Positions 33,776 through 42,814 of a stretch of DNA of 64,000 nucleotides are shown here, piece by piece. The translations under genes were made by a program, and so were the position numbers. Origin of the DNA: Calditrichota bacterium. Its GTDB lineage: Bacteria > CLD3. The stretch's first letter is position 1, and the number at the start of each line of letters is the position of its first letter. The notes under the pieces are model-generated. The model had not been told where the DNA came from. It saw only the letters and a program-made list of their open reading frames with translations, and did not search any database. Where the stretch lies: NCBI GenBank assembly GCA_008501735.1, contig QQUF01000040.1, forward strand, positions 70,431-134,430, read 5' to 3'.

Positions 33776-34465
33776 ATGAAGTGTGTCGTTGTTGACGATG
33801 AAAAAATGTCAAGGCAAGTCATTAAACATTGTATTGAGAAAACGGAATCACTCAGTTTAGTGAAAGAATTTGGTAACTCAGTTGAAGCATTTGAATTCCT
33901 AAACGGCAATGAGATTGATTTACTTTTTTTAGACGTTGAAATGCCAGATTTGAATGGAATTGAGCTTCTGCAAAATTTGGAAAATAAACCACTTGTTATC
34001 TTGATTACCTCAAAAGAAGAATTTGCACTTGACGCTTACCGAAATGATGTTGTCGATTACCTTGTAAAACCTGTAACTCTTCCACGTTTTTTAAAAGCAG
34101 TTGTGAAAACACAAAGGCTTTTTCATAACGTTGAAACTATTGAGGACTCTTCTAAAGATTTCATTTTTATCCGCGAAAATCAAAAATTAGTCAAAATTTA
34201 TGTAACTGATATTTATTGGATTGAGTCGCTTGGCGATTACGTTGTGATTCACACCGAAAGTAAAAAACACACGATTTATACAACTTTGACAAATATTTTA
34301 AGTAAGTTGCCGAAAGACCAATTTGTGAGAGTTCACCGCTCGTTTATTGTTAGAATTGATAAAATTTCTCTAATCGAAGGCAACTCAATAATTATTAAAA
34401 AAGAATTAATTCCAATTAGCAAATCCTACAAAAATATTTTGATTGAAAAGCTAAATTTGATTTAG
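33776..34465 (+). CDS. LytTR-family response regulator (REC + LytTR DNA-binding domain)
   Basis: The N-terminal REC has VVVDDE and LLFLDVEMPDLNG. The C-terminal LytTR domain is recognisable. Confidence 0.8.
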   Translation: MKCVVVDDEKMSRQVIKHCIEKTESLSLVKEFGNSVEAFEFLNGNEIDLLFLDVEMPDLNGIELLQNLENKPLVILITSKEEFALDAYRNDVVDYLVKPVTLPRFLKAVVKTQRLFHNVETIEDSSKDFIFIRENQKLVKIYVTDIYWIESLGDYVVIHTESKKHTIYTTLTNILSKLPKDQFVRVHRSFIVRIDKISLIEGNSIIIKKELIPISKSYKNILIEKLNLI

Positions 34466-34481
34466 CGAATATGAGATTTTT

Positions 34482-34841
34482 ATGAATTCAATTATTGATT
34501 TAGATTACCTAGAAAGTTTAATCGAAGGCTACGAAGAAGACAGAGCAGAATTTCTTGAAATGATGATTGAAACTTTTCTTGAAGAAATGCCAAAGGAACT
34601 CAAGAATTTAGAACTTCATTACAAAAATGGTGATTGGGATTCTGTTCAAAAAAATGCACACAAAATCAAGTCAATGATTGCTTCAATGGGAATGAAAGAG
34701 ACCTTAGAAATTATCAATAAAATCGAACTTTGTGCTGAGACAGAAGAATTAGATTTGATTAAAGAAATGATTTTGGAAGTTAAAATAAGATGTGAAATCG
34801 CTTTTGAAGAATCGAACCAAATTCTCAAAGAGCTAAAATAA
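34482..34841 (+). CDS. Hpt histidine-phosphotransfer protein
   Basis: A 119-aa helical protein with the HKIKSMIASMG phosphorylatable His motif. Confidence 0.7.
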   Translation: MNSIIDLDYLESLIEGYEEDRAEFLEMMIETFLEEMPKELKNLELHYKNGDWDSVQKNAHKIKSMIASMGMKETLEIINKIELCAETEELDLIKEMILEVKIRCEIAFEESNQILKELK

Positions 34842-34846
34842 AAAAA

Positions 34847-34915
34847 GCCTGTCAAATAAATTCGACAGGCTTGGGAGAAAAGAGGAGTTTAATTCAGTGT
34901 AAATAACACTGAATT
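34847..34915. terminator. two hairpins between the convergent Hpt and OM-barrel genes
   Basis: The two hairpins are gcctgtc..gacaggc, preceded by an A-run (a T-run on the minus strand), and aattcagtg..cactgaatt. Confidence 0.55.
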
Positions 34916-34935
34916 AGGTTTTGCAAAAGAATTTG

Positions 34936-35457
34936 CTAAAAATTGTAACCAACATTGATTCCAAGATAAGTTAAGTTTGAACCATCAATGAGGTGGTATT
35001 CAGCATTGAAATCTAAATTTCCCATTTCCATTCCAACACCCGGAGCGAAGCCAATTTCGCCTGAGCTTGAACTCGCACTACCAACGTCAACAGAAACAAA
35101 GTAGTAACCAGCACTTAAACTACCGTAAAATCTCATACTTTCGCTACCACCAAAGTAGTAATTAGTTTTTGCAACGACAGGAATCATTGAGTAAGAGTAT
35201 TCTGTAGAACCTCCAAAAGCATCTACATCTTTGCCACCAAAAGTCAAGTAGCTAACTTTTGCTGCGTAAGTCATATTTTCGTTAAGTTCTCTTGTCCAAC
35301 TAACTCCACCACCAAATCCAAGTCCAGCAAAGTCACTAAAATCGCCCATTGGTAAACCAAGTGTTCCGTGAACTCCAAGTCCTTCTGCATTTGCTTCATT
35401 AATGCTTAAAGTTGCTACTAAAGGTAATGCTAATGCTAATAATGTTAATTTTTTCAT
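34936..35457 (-). CDS. outer-membrane beta-barrel protein (OmpW/OmpA-like small barrel)
   Basis: A signal peptide, alternating hydrophobic strands and a C-terminal F (..GINVGYNF). Confidence 0.6.
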   Translation of the reverse strand: MKKLTLLALALPLVATLSINEANAEGLGVHGTLGLPMGDFSDFAGLGFGGGVSWTRELNENMTYAAKVSYLTFGGKDVDAFGGSTEYSYSMIPVVAKTNYYFGGSESMRFYGSLSAGYYFVSVDVGSASSSSGEIGFAPGVGMEMGNLDFNAEYHLIDGSNLTYLGINVGYNF

Positions 35458-35523
35458 TTTATTAATTCCTAATTTTAAAATTTGTAAAAAATACGGAGGA
35501 AAATTATTTGTTAAGTTTTTTGA

Positions 35524-36333
35524 CTAACAGTCGCTTGTTGCACCGTTAGAGTTCCATTCTACACAGTAAGAACCATTTTGGGTTTGTCCTGCACTTGTAA
35601 CTTTGTAAGTAGTTTCGGCTTTTCCTGATCTGTCAGCATTAACAGTAAGTGTTCCGCCATAAACAGTTTCAGATTCAAAGCTAATTCCTTGAACTACACC
35701 AGATGAAGAGATGTCATAACTGTAAACAACAGTAAGTTTTCCATCTTCAACAATTGTGTAGTTTGCTTCGTAAAAGCCGTCATAAGTGTAACCTGCTTGC
35801 TCAGTGTTAATTTCTGAGAAAAGCCCAAAATCATACTTCATATATCCACCACGTCTGTTTTTAAGAACAGTTGCTTCGTAAAAAGTTCCGTCAACAGAGT
35901 TACCAGTAATTTCAGATGTTCCTTTTGCATCGTAAGTAATTTTATACTTATTTCCGTCATCAATCATTGTGTAAGTGTAAGTAATTCCATTACTTGTGCT
36001 TGACCAAGTTGTGTCAGAAAGTTGTGCAACACCTTTAGAAATTATTGGTGCAGAAGGCATTCCTGCGATAATTCCTGAAAACTGTGCAGTCACCGACTTT
36101 GCTTGAGCAATTGCTGCTGAACCATTTGGATCAGAAACATTTGGAACCTCGCTTAAAGCTAATTTTGTGTTCACTTCTGAGCTTGAAAGTTCTGGACCCG
36201 AAACATCTTCTACAGTAGAAGAAACTTCAGTTGATGAAGACGAACCTTTGTCGTCGTCGTCACTTCCGCAAGAGTAAAGTGCGAGTGATGTTGACATCAA
36301 ACTGAACATTAAAAATTTGTTGAAAGTTTTCAT
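35524..36333 (-). CDS. lipoprotein of unknown function
   Basis: A lipobox is present (LALYSCGSDDDD). Confidence 0.45.
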   Translation of the reverse strand: MKTFNKFLMFSLMSTSLALYSCGSDDDDKGSSSSTEVSSTVEDVSGPELSSSEVNTKLALSEVPNVSDPNGSAAIAQAKSVTAQFSGIIAGMPSAPIISKGVAQLSDTTWSSTSNGITYTYTMIDDGNKYKITYDAKGTSEITGNSVDGTFYEATVLKNRRGGYMKYDFGLFSEINTEQAGYTYDGFYEANYTIVEDGKLTVVYSYDISSSGVVQGISFESETVYGGTLTVNADRSGKAETTYKVTSAGQTQNGSYCVEWNSNGATSDC

Positions 36334-36362
36334 TTTGCAAAACCTTTCGATTAGTTAATTAA

Positions 36363-36728
36363 TTATTTAAGAGAATAAAGTTTCTCTGTGAATTGTGGTT
36401 TTTCAGTGTTCACTTGAACAATGAATTTTTCATTTTCATTGACTGATTTGTTATCGCTATTTTTTGAATCCCATTTGATTGAGTAATTTCCCGAAGGCAA
36501 AAATCCTGAAAACAAACTTCTTACTAAATTTCCGTTTCGGCTAAGAATGAGAAGTTCAACTTGTTGTAAGCCTCTTTTGAGATTCGGAACAGAAAACTCA
36601 ATATTGACGTTTTTTGATTCACCTAATGTAAGCTCAAATTCATTGTGTGAATTTGCTTGAGCAAAACTGTTTTGAACTGTAAGTGTTACCAAAGTGATTA
36701 AGATTAGAATTAAAACTGAACGTCGCAT
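36363..36728 (-). CDS. small secreted hypothetical protein
   Basis: A signal peptide and an Ig-like beta-rich region. Confidence 0.4.
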   Translation of the reverse strand: MRRSVLILILITLVTLTVQNSFAQANSHNEFELTLGESKNVNIEFSVPNLKRGLQQVELLILSRNGNLVRSLFSGFLPSGNYSIKWDSKNSDNKSVNENEKFIVQVNTEKPQFTEKLYSLK

Positions 36729-37003
36729 TTTTTTTGCCTTAGAGTTTATTGTTACGTTTTCAGTTATTCTCCTATCAAGTCGTGTGCCAAAAACAATTTA
36801 AAATATGTAAGTTACTATAAAACAAATATTTGGGTTGGACTCCGTTGCTGGGGAGAAATAAAAAGTATTTTGTCTCGCTATAGAGCAAAATAAGAATTTT
36901 TATTAGGTAGGTTGTTTTAAAATAGTGTTTCTGAGAATTGTATCGAACCAGAGCAAAATAAATTTTGTAACGCTGTGGAGCAAAGGAGTTTTGAAAGCAA
37001 AAC

Positions 37004-37045
37004 CCATCTGATGGCTCAAAGCCATCAGATGGGTGAAATTCGCAA
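37004..37045 (-). terminator. rho-independent terminator downstream of the ADH-family gene
   Basis: A cccatctgatggc..gccatcagatggg hairpin with a T-run on the minus strand. Confidence 0.65.
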
Positions 37046-37049
37046 AAAT

Positions 37050-38003
37050 CTAAAAATTCAAAATTACTTTGAGGGTATTTCTTTGAGCAGAATTTTCAAA
37101 TGCTTCTAAGGCTTTTGAAAATTCAAATTCGGAGTGAATCATTTTTTCGAGTGTTGGTTTGTGGTTTTGCAAAAATTTTACAGCGTCTTCAAATCTGCCA
37201 CAACGTGAACCAATCATTGTAATTTCATTTACAACAACCAAAGCAGGGTTGAAATTGATTCCGCCTGCGTAAGTACTTTTGAGAACAAAAGTTCCTCTTG
37301 GCTTTGTGCAGCTAAGTCCAAGTTCAAAAGCAGTTGAATTTCCTGAAGCCTCAACCACAACGTCAAAAGTCTTAGGAGTAAAGTTTTCCAAAAGCACTGT
37401 TGAAATTCCGACTTCCCCTAAAGTCTCCAACTTGTCTTGGTGCTTTCCCAAAACTTTAAGTTTGCAACCTGTTGAGTGTAAAACCCTTGCAATCAGCAAA
37501 GCCAATTTTCCATCGCCAATTAGTAAAACTTCGTGATTTGGAAGAATCTTTACTTGCTCTAAAATCTCACAAGCAGCTGCTAAAGGTTCAATGAAAACAG
37601 CTCTTTCGTCAGGAATTTCACTTGGAATTTCGATTACATTTTCTTTGGGCAAAGTTACGTATTCTGAAAAAGCTCCGTTTCTGTTAATGATTCCAAAAAC
37701 ACTTCGGTTTGGGCAGTGTCTTCCAAGCCCTTTTTCACAAAATTCACAAGTTCCACAAGCAAGATTAATTTCTCCGCTGACTCGTTTGCCAATGAGATTT
37801 TTGTCTTGAGCTTCTTTGACGTAACCGAAAAATTCGTGTCCCAAAATTCCATTGAAGTTTGGAATGTAACCTTTTATAATTTCGTGGTCAGTGTTACAAA
37901 TTCCTGCTTTGGCGACTTTAATCAAAACTTCGTTTTCAGTTGGAACAGGTTTTGGAATTTCAGTGAGTTTTAGTTCTTTACCGTCAAAAGTTAATGCTTT
38001 CAT
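37050..38003 (-). CDS. zinc-dependent alcohol/threonine dehydrogenase family (MDR) oxidoreductase
   Basis: Catalytic Zn ligands (GICNTDHE) and structural Zn cysteines (CGTCEFCEKGLGRHC) are present. Confidence 0.75.
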   Translation of the reverse strand: MKALTFDGKELKLTEIPKPVPTENEVLIKVAKAGICNTDHEIIKGYIPNFNGILGHEFFGYVKEAQDKNLIGKRVSGEINLACGTCEFCEKGLGRHCPNRSVFGIINRNGAFSEYVTLPKENVIEIPSEIPDERAVFIEPLAAACEILEQVKILPNHEVLLIGDGKLALLIARVLHSTGCKLKVLGKHQDKLETLGEVGISTVLLENFTPKTFDVVVEASGNSTAFELGLSCTKPRGTFVLKSTYAGGINFNPALVVVNEITMIGSRCGRFEDAVKFLQNHKPTLEKMIHSEFEFSKALEAFENSAQRNTLKVILNF

Positions 38004-38004
38004 T

Positions 38005-38823
38005 TTAAAATCCCCAAAGTTCTCTGTCAAACCAAGACTCTAGTTTTTCCTCTTCCGAATCGGGTAGAGCAGGGAAAAAGTCAATTCCTGTCAAGGTTTC
38101 GAGTGAGTCAATGTTTACAAAATAATTTCTAAGTTTTGCACGTTTCGGTGGTTTGCGATTTGGCATTACAAAGGCGATTGCTTTTCTTTCTGGCAAAGTG
38201 TAGTCGAGAATTGCTTTGTAGTAAAATGGTGGAACTGCGACATCGTTTTCGCCGATTCTTTTATTCCTTTTTCCAAAAATCGGACCTGTAACAACGTAAA
38301 GTTCATTTTCAATTTCAACCCAATCCCTGACTTGTTCTTCTAGTTTTTTCCAAATTCCTCTGTTCAAATCTTTGTGTTGTGGGCTCATATTACTCATAAA
38401 AAATGTTTCTGACATCGCTTCTTTGGAAAATTTCATATCAGCAGCAGGGAGCAAATGACCTCTGTCGTAACCTGATTTTTTGTAATCTTTTAGAGAAGCC
38501 GAACCTGTTTTGACTTTTTTGTCTTCGCGAAAATTATCTTTTCTTTTCACATCACCTTCAGTCATTTTTTTAGTCAATTTGTGAGCGACCCAATTTGCTT
38601 GTTCATATTCTTCGTTGTAAGAAAGTGTGTAGTAAGTATGTTTTATGATTTGGTCTTTTTCTGTAATTTTCGGAAGTTCCAAATCTGGAATTACAACTTC
38701 TTGAGGTTTCTTAACTTCTTCTGTTTGAGTAGTTTGTGGGTCAATTGTTTTTTGTTGTGTTTCTTTTTTGTCGCCACAAGCTACAAAAGTTAGCGATAAG
38801 AAAAGAATTAGTAAAAATTGCAT
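38005..38823 (-). CDS. secreted DNA/RNA non-specific endonuclease (Serratia NucA / Endonuclease_NS family) lipoprotein
   Basis: The DRGHLLPAADM active-site motif and a lipoprotein signal (FVACGDKKE) are present. Confidence 0.75.
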   Translation of the reverse strand: MQFLLILFLSLTFVACGDKKETQQKTIDPQTTQTEEVKKPQEVVIPDLELPKITEKDQIIKHTYYTLSYNEEYEQANWVAHKLTKKMTEGDVKRKDNFREDKKVKTGSASLKDYKKSGYDRGHLLPAADMKFSKEAMSETFFMSNMSPQHKDLNRGIWKKLEEQVRDWVEIENELYVVTGPIFGKRNKRIGENDVAVPPFYYKAILDYTLPERKAIAFVMPNRKPPKRAKLRNYFVNIDSLETLTGIDFFPALPDSEEEKLESWFDRELWGF

Positions 38824-39244
38824 TGATTGTAAACCTTACTTTAATAAATTTGCCTTGAAGTTAATTTTTTAGTAATTAAAAACAAATTCTCATTACTAAA
38901 ATTTTTCTGTCCACGCAATGCACGCAAAAGAATTGAAAATAGGTGTTAGGTAAAATGAAAAGTTGATTACGAAACTTTGAGTTGTTTTAACCACCCCGAT
39001 TTTTTCATTTTCAAAAACCTTTGGTTTTAAAACGAAAAAATTCCCCTCCTTGAAAATGAGGGGAGAAAAGCATTTGTGCTTTGCACTGCCCAAAATCCTC
39101 GCCTTTTCAAGGAGAGGGCAAAATAAAATTCAAGCAAAGCGTTAGAAATTTTATTCAGGTGTGGTTAAACAAATGTCAAAATTCTTTTTCGTGTGTTTCG
39201 TGGGCAATTTTCTTTTTTTGAAATTTATACAGTAGGCAAAAATT

Positions 39245-39745
39245 ATGGAAAAAATTTGGGCTCCTTGGCGAATCGAATACATTGAAACTTTAAGCGAAGA
39301 AAAAAGTGAAGGTTGTATTTTTTGCGACAAGCCAAAGGAAAATAAGGATTTTGAAAATAAAATCTTAATTCAAGGCAAACTTTGTTTTGTGATAATGAAT
39401 ATTTTCCCTTACACAAACGGTCATTTGATGGTGATTCCTTACAGACACATTTCCAAACTTTCGGAAATGACACCTGAAGAGCATTTGGAATCAATGAAAC
39501 TGACTTCAATTTCGTGTGAAGTTTTGGCGGAAAGTTTTAAGGCTCAAGGTTTTAATGTTGGACTTAATCTTGGTTCTGCTGCTGGAGCGGGAATTGACGC
39601 TCACATTCATTTTCACGTTGTTCCTCGTTGGAATGGCGACACAAATTTTATGCCTGTTGTTGGAAATATAAAAGTAATTTCGGAAGGTCTCGAAAGAAGT
39701 TACCACAAACTAAAATCAAAATTTGACGAACTTTGCAAGGAGTAA
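39245..39745 (+). CDS. HIT (histidine triad) family nucleotide hydrolase/transferase
   Basis: The HIHFHVVPRW histidine triad is present. The N-terminal IWAPWRIEYI..CIFCD motif is typical of an Ap4A-phosphorylase/HIT subgroup. Confidence 0.7.
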   Translation: MEKIWAPWRIEYIETLSEEKSEGCIFCDKPKENKDFENKILIQGKLCFVIMNIFPYTNGHLMVIPYRHISKLSEMTPEEHLESMKLTSISCEVLAESFKAQGFNVGLNLGSAAGAGIDAHIHFHVVPRWNGDTNFMPVVGNIKVISEGLERSYHKLKSKFDELCKE

Positions 39746-39748
39746 AAG

Positions 39749-40606
39749 ATGTTTAGAAGTATAAAAAATGAAACTTGGGTTTTCGATTGTGAATGGGTTC
39801 CTGACCCACTTGTTGGAAGAGTTCTTTACAAATTAGATGAAAGTCTTTCCGATGCAGAAGTAATTAAAGTAATGCGGGAAAAAGGCGGAGCAACAAAAGA
39901 AAATCCAAAACCTTTTTTGAAATTGGTTTTGTGTAGGATTGTTTCAATTTCGGCAGTTATCCGCAAAGTCAAAAGCAATGGTGAAACAACTCTTCATCTT
40001 TTGTCACTTCCGAAAGACGTTGACGACCCGAACCAAGTAAGCGAAAAAAATATCATCGAAACATTTTTGAATGCAATCGGAGACAAGAAGCCTCAACTTG
40101 TTGGTTACAATTCAATCGGCTCAGATTTGAAAATCCTTTTGCAAAGAGCTTTGGTTCACGGTTTACAGATTCCGAGCTTTTTTGAAAGACCTGACAAACC
40201 TTGGATTGATGAACCTGGTTACATTGAAAATGCCTCTACGGATTGGAATGTTGATTTAATGAAAATCATTGGTGGTGGAAAAAGCTCTTTTCCTTCTTTA
40301 GATGAGCTTGCAGTTGCTTGTGGAATTCCAGGAAAATTTCACACTGATGGAATGGAAGTTGCAGAAATTTGGCTTGACGGAAGATTACAGGAAATTGTGA
40401 ATTACAGCGAACACGATGTTTTGACAACGTATTTAATTTGGTTAAGACTTGCTCACTTGGCTGGACTTTTTGATTCCGAAAAATACAAATCCGAACAAAA
40501 ATCGGTTGCAGAGTTAATCAAAGACTTAGGAGAAAAACCTGAAAACAGTCACTTGAAAAAATACTTAAAAGTGTGGCTCCAATTAAGAAAATCAATGCAA
40601 AGTTAG
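39749..40606 (+). CDS. predicted 3'-5' exonuclease related to the PolB exonuclease domain (DEDD-like)
   Basis: The Exo I-like VFDCEW and Exo III-like YSEHDVLTTYLIW motifs are present. The gene starts 4 nt after the HIT gene. Confidence 0.5.
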   Translation: MFRSIKNETWVFDCEWVPDPLVGRVLYKLDESLSDAEVIKVMREKGGATKENPKPFLKLVLCRIVSISAVIRKVKSNGETTLHLLSLPKDVDDPNQVSEKNIIETFLNAIGDKKPQLVGYNSIGSDLKILLQRALVHGLQIPSFFERPDKPWIDEPGYIENASTDWNVDLMKIIGGGKSSFPSLDELAVACGIPGKFHTDGMEVAEIWLDGRLQEIVNYSEHDVLTTYLIWLRLAHLAGLFDSEKYKSEQKSVAELIKDLGEKPENSHLKKYLKVWLQLRKSMQS

Positions 40607-40642
40607 AAAGTAGGGAACAAAAATCTTTGTTCCCTACAAGTC

Positions 40643-42796
40643 TTATTTTAACAATAACATCTTTTTAGTTCTACTTTCGTTGCCAACTTTCAAATTGTAG
40701 AGATAAACTCCTGAACTGACGCTTTTGCCAAAGTTGTCTGTTCCGTCCCAAGTGACAGAGTTCTTACCAGAATTGCTTGGCAAAGTCCATTCCCGAACCA
40801 GTTGCCCGAGAACATTAAAAATTGATAATTTCGCCAATTCGTAATTCGTATTTTTCAATTCGTAATTAATTGTCGTTGTAGGGTTGAACGGATTTGGATA
40901 ATTTTCGAGAAGTTGGATTGTGCTTGGCAGTTGCGGGATTTCAGAGTTTGTTTCTTCGGAAATTGAGACGACTTCACCACCAGTTGTAGTTTTAAGGATT
41001 GTTCCTCCAGCACCAACAATAAATCCAGTGTTTGAATCAATAAATTTTATAGATTGAAGCGAGTTATTTGTACCTGAATTCGATTGAATCCAAGTGTCTC
41101 CTTCATCTGTAGTTTGCAACAAAATACCATCTTGCCCAACAATGAAACCTGTATAAGAATTTGCGAAATGAATTGAGTTTAAAGTTTTGGTTGTTCCTGA
41201 ATTTTTAAGAAACCAATTATCTCCACCATTAGAAGTTTTTAAAATAATTCCATTTGCTCCAACTATAAAACCAGTATTAGAATCTGAAAAATAAACTGAT
41301 TTTAATAAATGTGGAGTCGGCGAAACTTTAGGAATCCAAGTATTGCCTTGATCAATTGTTTTTAAAAGTGTGCCGTATTCACCAACAGTAAATCCGGTAT
41401 TAGAATCAGTAAAACAAACCGAGAAGAGAGACCAAGTAGTTCCAGAACTAAGAGAGTTCCAAGTATTGCCTTGGTCATTTGTTCTCAAAATTTTTCCATT
41501 GGTTCCAACTGCAAATCCGACTGTTTCATTTGAAAACACAATAGAATTAAGGTCTTCTATGGTTGGCGAACTAACATAATTCCAAGAATTGCCTTGGTTA
41601 TTTGTTTTTAAAATATTCCCATTACTTCCAACAATAAAACCGGTTGTAGAATTCAAGAATTGAATAGAGAAAAATTGAGCAATAAAGTTACCATAATTTA
41701 TTAATTGGTTAGTTAATCCACCATTTGTAGTCTTGTAAAGAGTACCATTTTGTCCAACCGCAAATCCCTTTAACTCATCAAAGAAAAAAGAGGAATAAAG
41801 TATATTTGTCGTTCCATAATTCAACGAACCCCAAGAGTATCCTCCATTAGTTGTCTTAAGAATTATGCCTTTTCTACCAATGATTAATCCATTATTTATG
41901 TCATAAAATTTCATTTTAATTAGCTGGTCACTGACCCCAATATCATCAATTTTAAACCAATTTAATCCTCCGTCATTGCTTCGATAAATTTTTCCGGAAT
42001 TGCTCAATGAAAATCCAGTGTAAGAATTAGGAAAATCTATGGATAATAATTCATCGGAAGATATTTGATTAAAAGAAAACCAATTATTCCCTCCATCAAG
42101 AGATTTTAACATTTTACTTTCAGGAAAATAACCGTTGAATCCTCCACCAACAGCATAGCCAATATTTGAATCAGTAAAAAAAATAGAATTTAAAGAAACT
42201 CCGCCAAAAGATGCTTTGTTATCCCAATTTATTCCACCATCAGAAGTTTTAAAGATATTTCCATTGTTACCGATAATAAATCCGGTAGTATCATCTACAA
42301 AATAAACAGATTTTAGGTTGACTGAATTTCCAACTGTTGAAGTACTCCAATTTGTTCCTCCATCTAAGGTTTTAAGAATTGTACCATTTGCTCCGACAAT
42401 AAATCCTGTATTTGTATTAATGATATTAATGGAGTTAAAATCTTCAATAATTCCAGAGTTTAAAATATTCCACGTAATTCCACCATCATCGGTTTTTAAA
42501 ATAATTCCTTGATTACCAACAATAAACCCAATATTTGGATCTATAAAACTAATAGAGTTAAGATCTTCAGCAGTTTCTGAAGAAATGGGATTCCAAGTGT
42601 TGCCCATATTATTAGAGAGAAGAATAGAACCTTTTTTCCCAACCGCTACTATGTTATTTGTATTTAAAATCTGAGCAATATCGTTCAATGTATTCCCTTG
42701 AGGTCTTGGATTTACCCATTCCCAAGCGGCTTGTTGTGCATTTACTTTGAAAATAAAAACAAAGATTAAAAGAAGTGCTAAGGTTAAGACTTTCAT
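40643..42796 (-). CDS. secreted BNR/Ycf48-like beta-propeller repeat protein with T9SS C-terminal sorting domain
   Basis: Many copies of (S/T)xDGGxxW are present. The C-terminus is NYPNPFNPTTTINYELKNTNYELAKLS...LLK. Confidence 0.75.
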   Translation of the reverse strand: MKVLTLALLLIFVFIFKVNAQQAAWEWVNPRPQGNTLNDIAQILNTNNIVAVGKKGSILLSNNMGNTWNPISSETAEDLNSISFIDPNIGFIVGNQGIILKTDDGGITWNILNSGIIEDFNSINIINTNTGFIVGANGTILKTLDGGTNWSTSTVGNSVNLKSVYFVDDTTGFIIGNNGNIFKTSDGGINWDNKASFGGVSLNSIFFTDSNIGYAVGGGFNGYFPESKMLKSLDGGNNWFSFNQISSDELLSIDFPNSYTGFSLSNSGKIYRSNDGGLNWFKIDDIGVSDQLIKMKFYDINNGLIIGRKGIILKTTNGGYSWGSLNYGTTNILYSSFFFDELKGFAVGQNGTLYKTTNGGLTNQLINYGNFIAQFFSIQFLNSTTGFIVGSNGNILKTNNQGNSWNYVSSPTIEDLNSIVFSNETVGFAVGTNGKILRTNDQGNTWNSLSSGTTWSLFSVCFTDSNTGFTVGEYGTLLKTIDQGNTWIPKVSPTPHLLKSVYFSDSNTGFIVGANGIILKTSNGGDNWFLKNSGTTKTLNSIHFANSYTGFIVGQDGILLQTTDEGDTWIQSNSGTNNSLQSIKFIDSNTGFIVGAGGTILKTTTGGEVVSISEETNSEIPQLPSTIQLLENYPNPFNPTTTINYELKNTNYELAKLSIFNVLGQLVREWTLPSNSGKNSVTWDGTDNFGKSVSSGVYLYNLKVGNESRTKKMLLLK

Positions 42797-42814
42797 TTTC
42801 GAGACTCCAATTTT

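Noticed and set aside
36930-36960. tcgaacc (reverse complement of the tRNA T-loop GGTTCGA) suggesting a minus-strand tRNA
   Set aside because: The reverse complement has no complementary T-stem, acceptor stem or anticodon arm. It is not a tRNA.
39040-39110. Two G/C-rich hairpin-like sequences (tcccctcc..gaggggag ; cctcgcc..gagagggc) in the NUC/HIT divergent region, considered as a small RNA or riboswitch
   Set aside because: The second stem is imperfect and there is no recognisable riboswitch consensus. More likely these are a terminator or attenuator remnant. Not enough to call.
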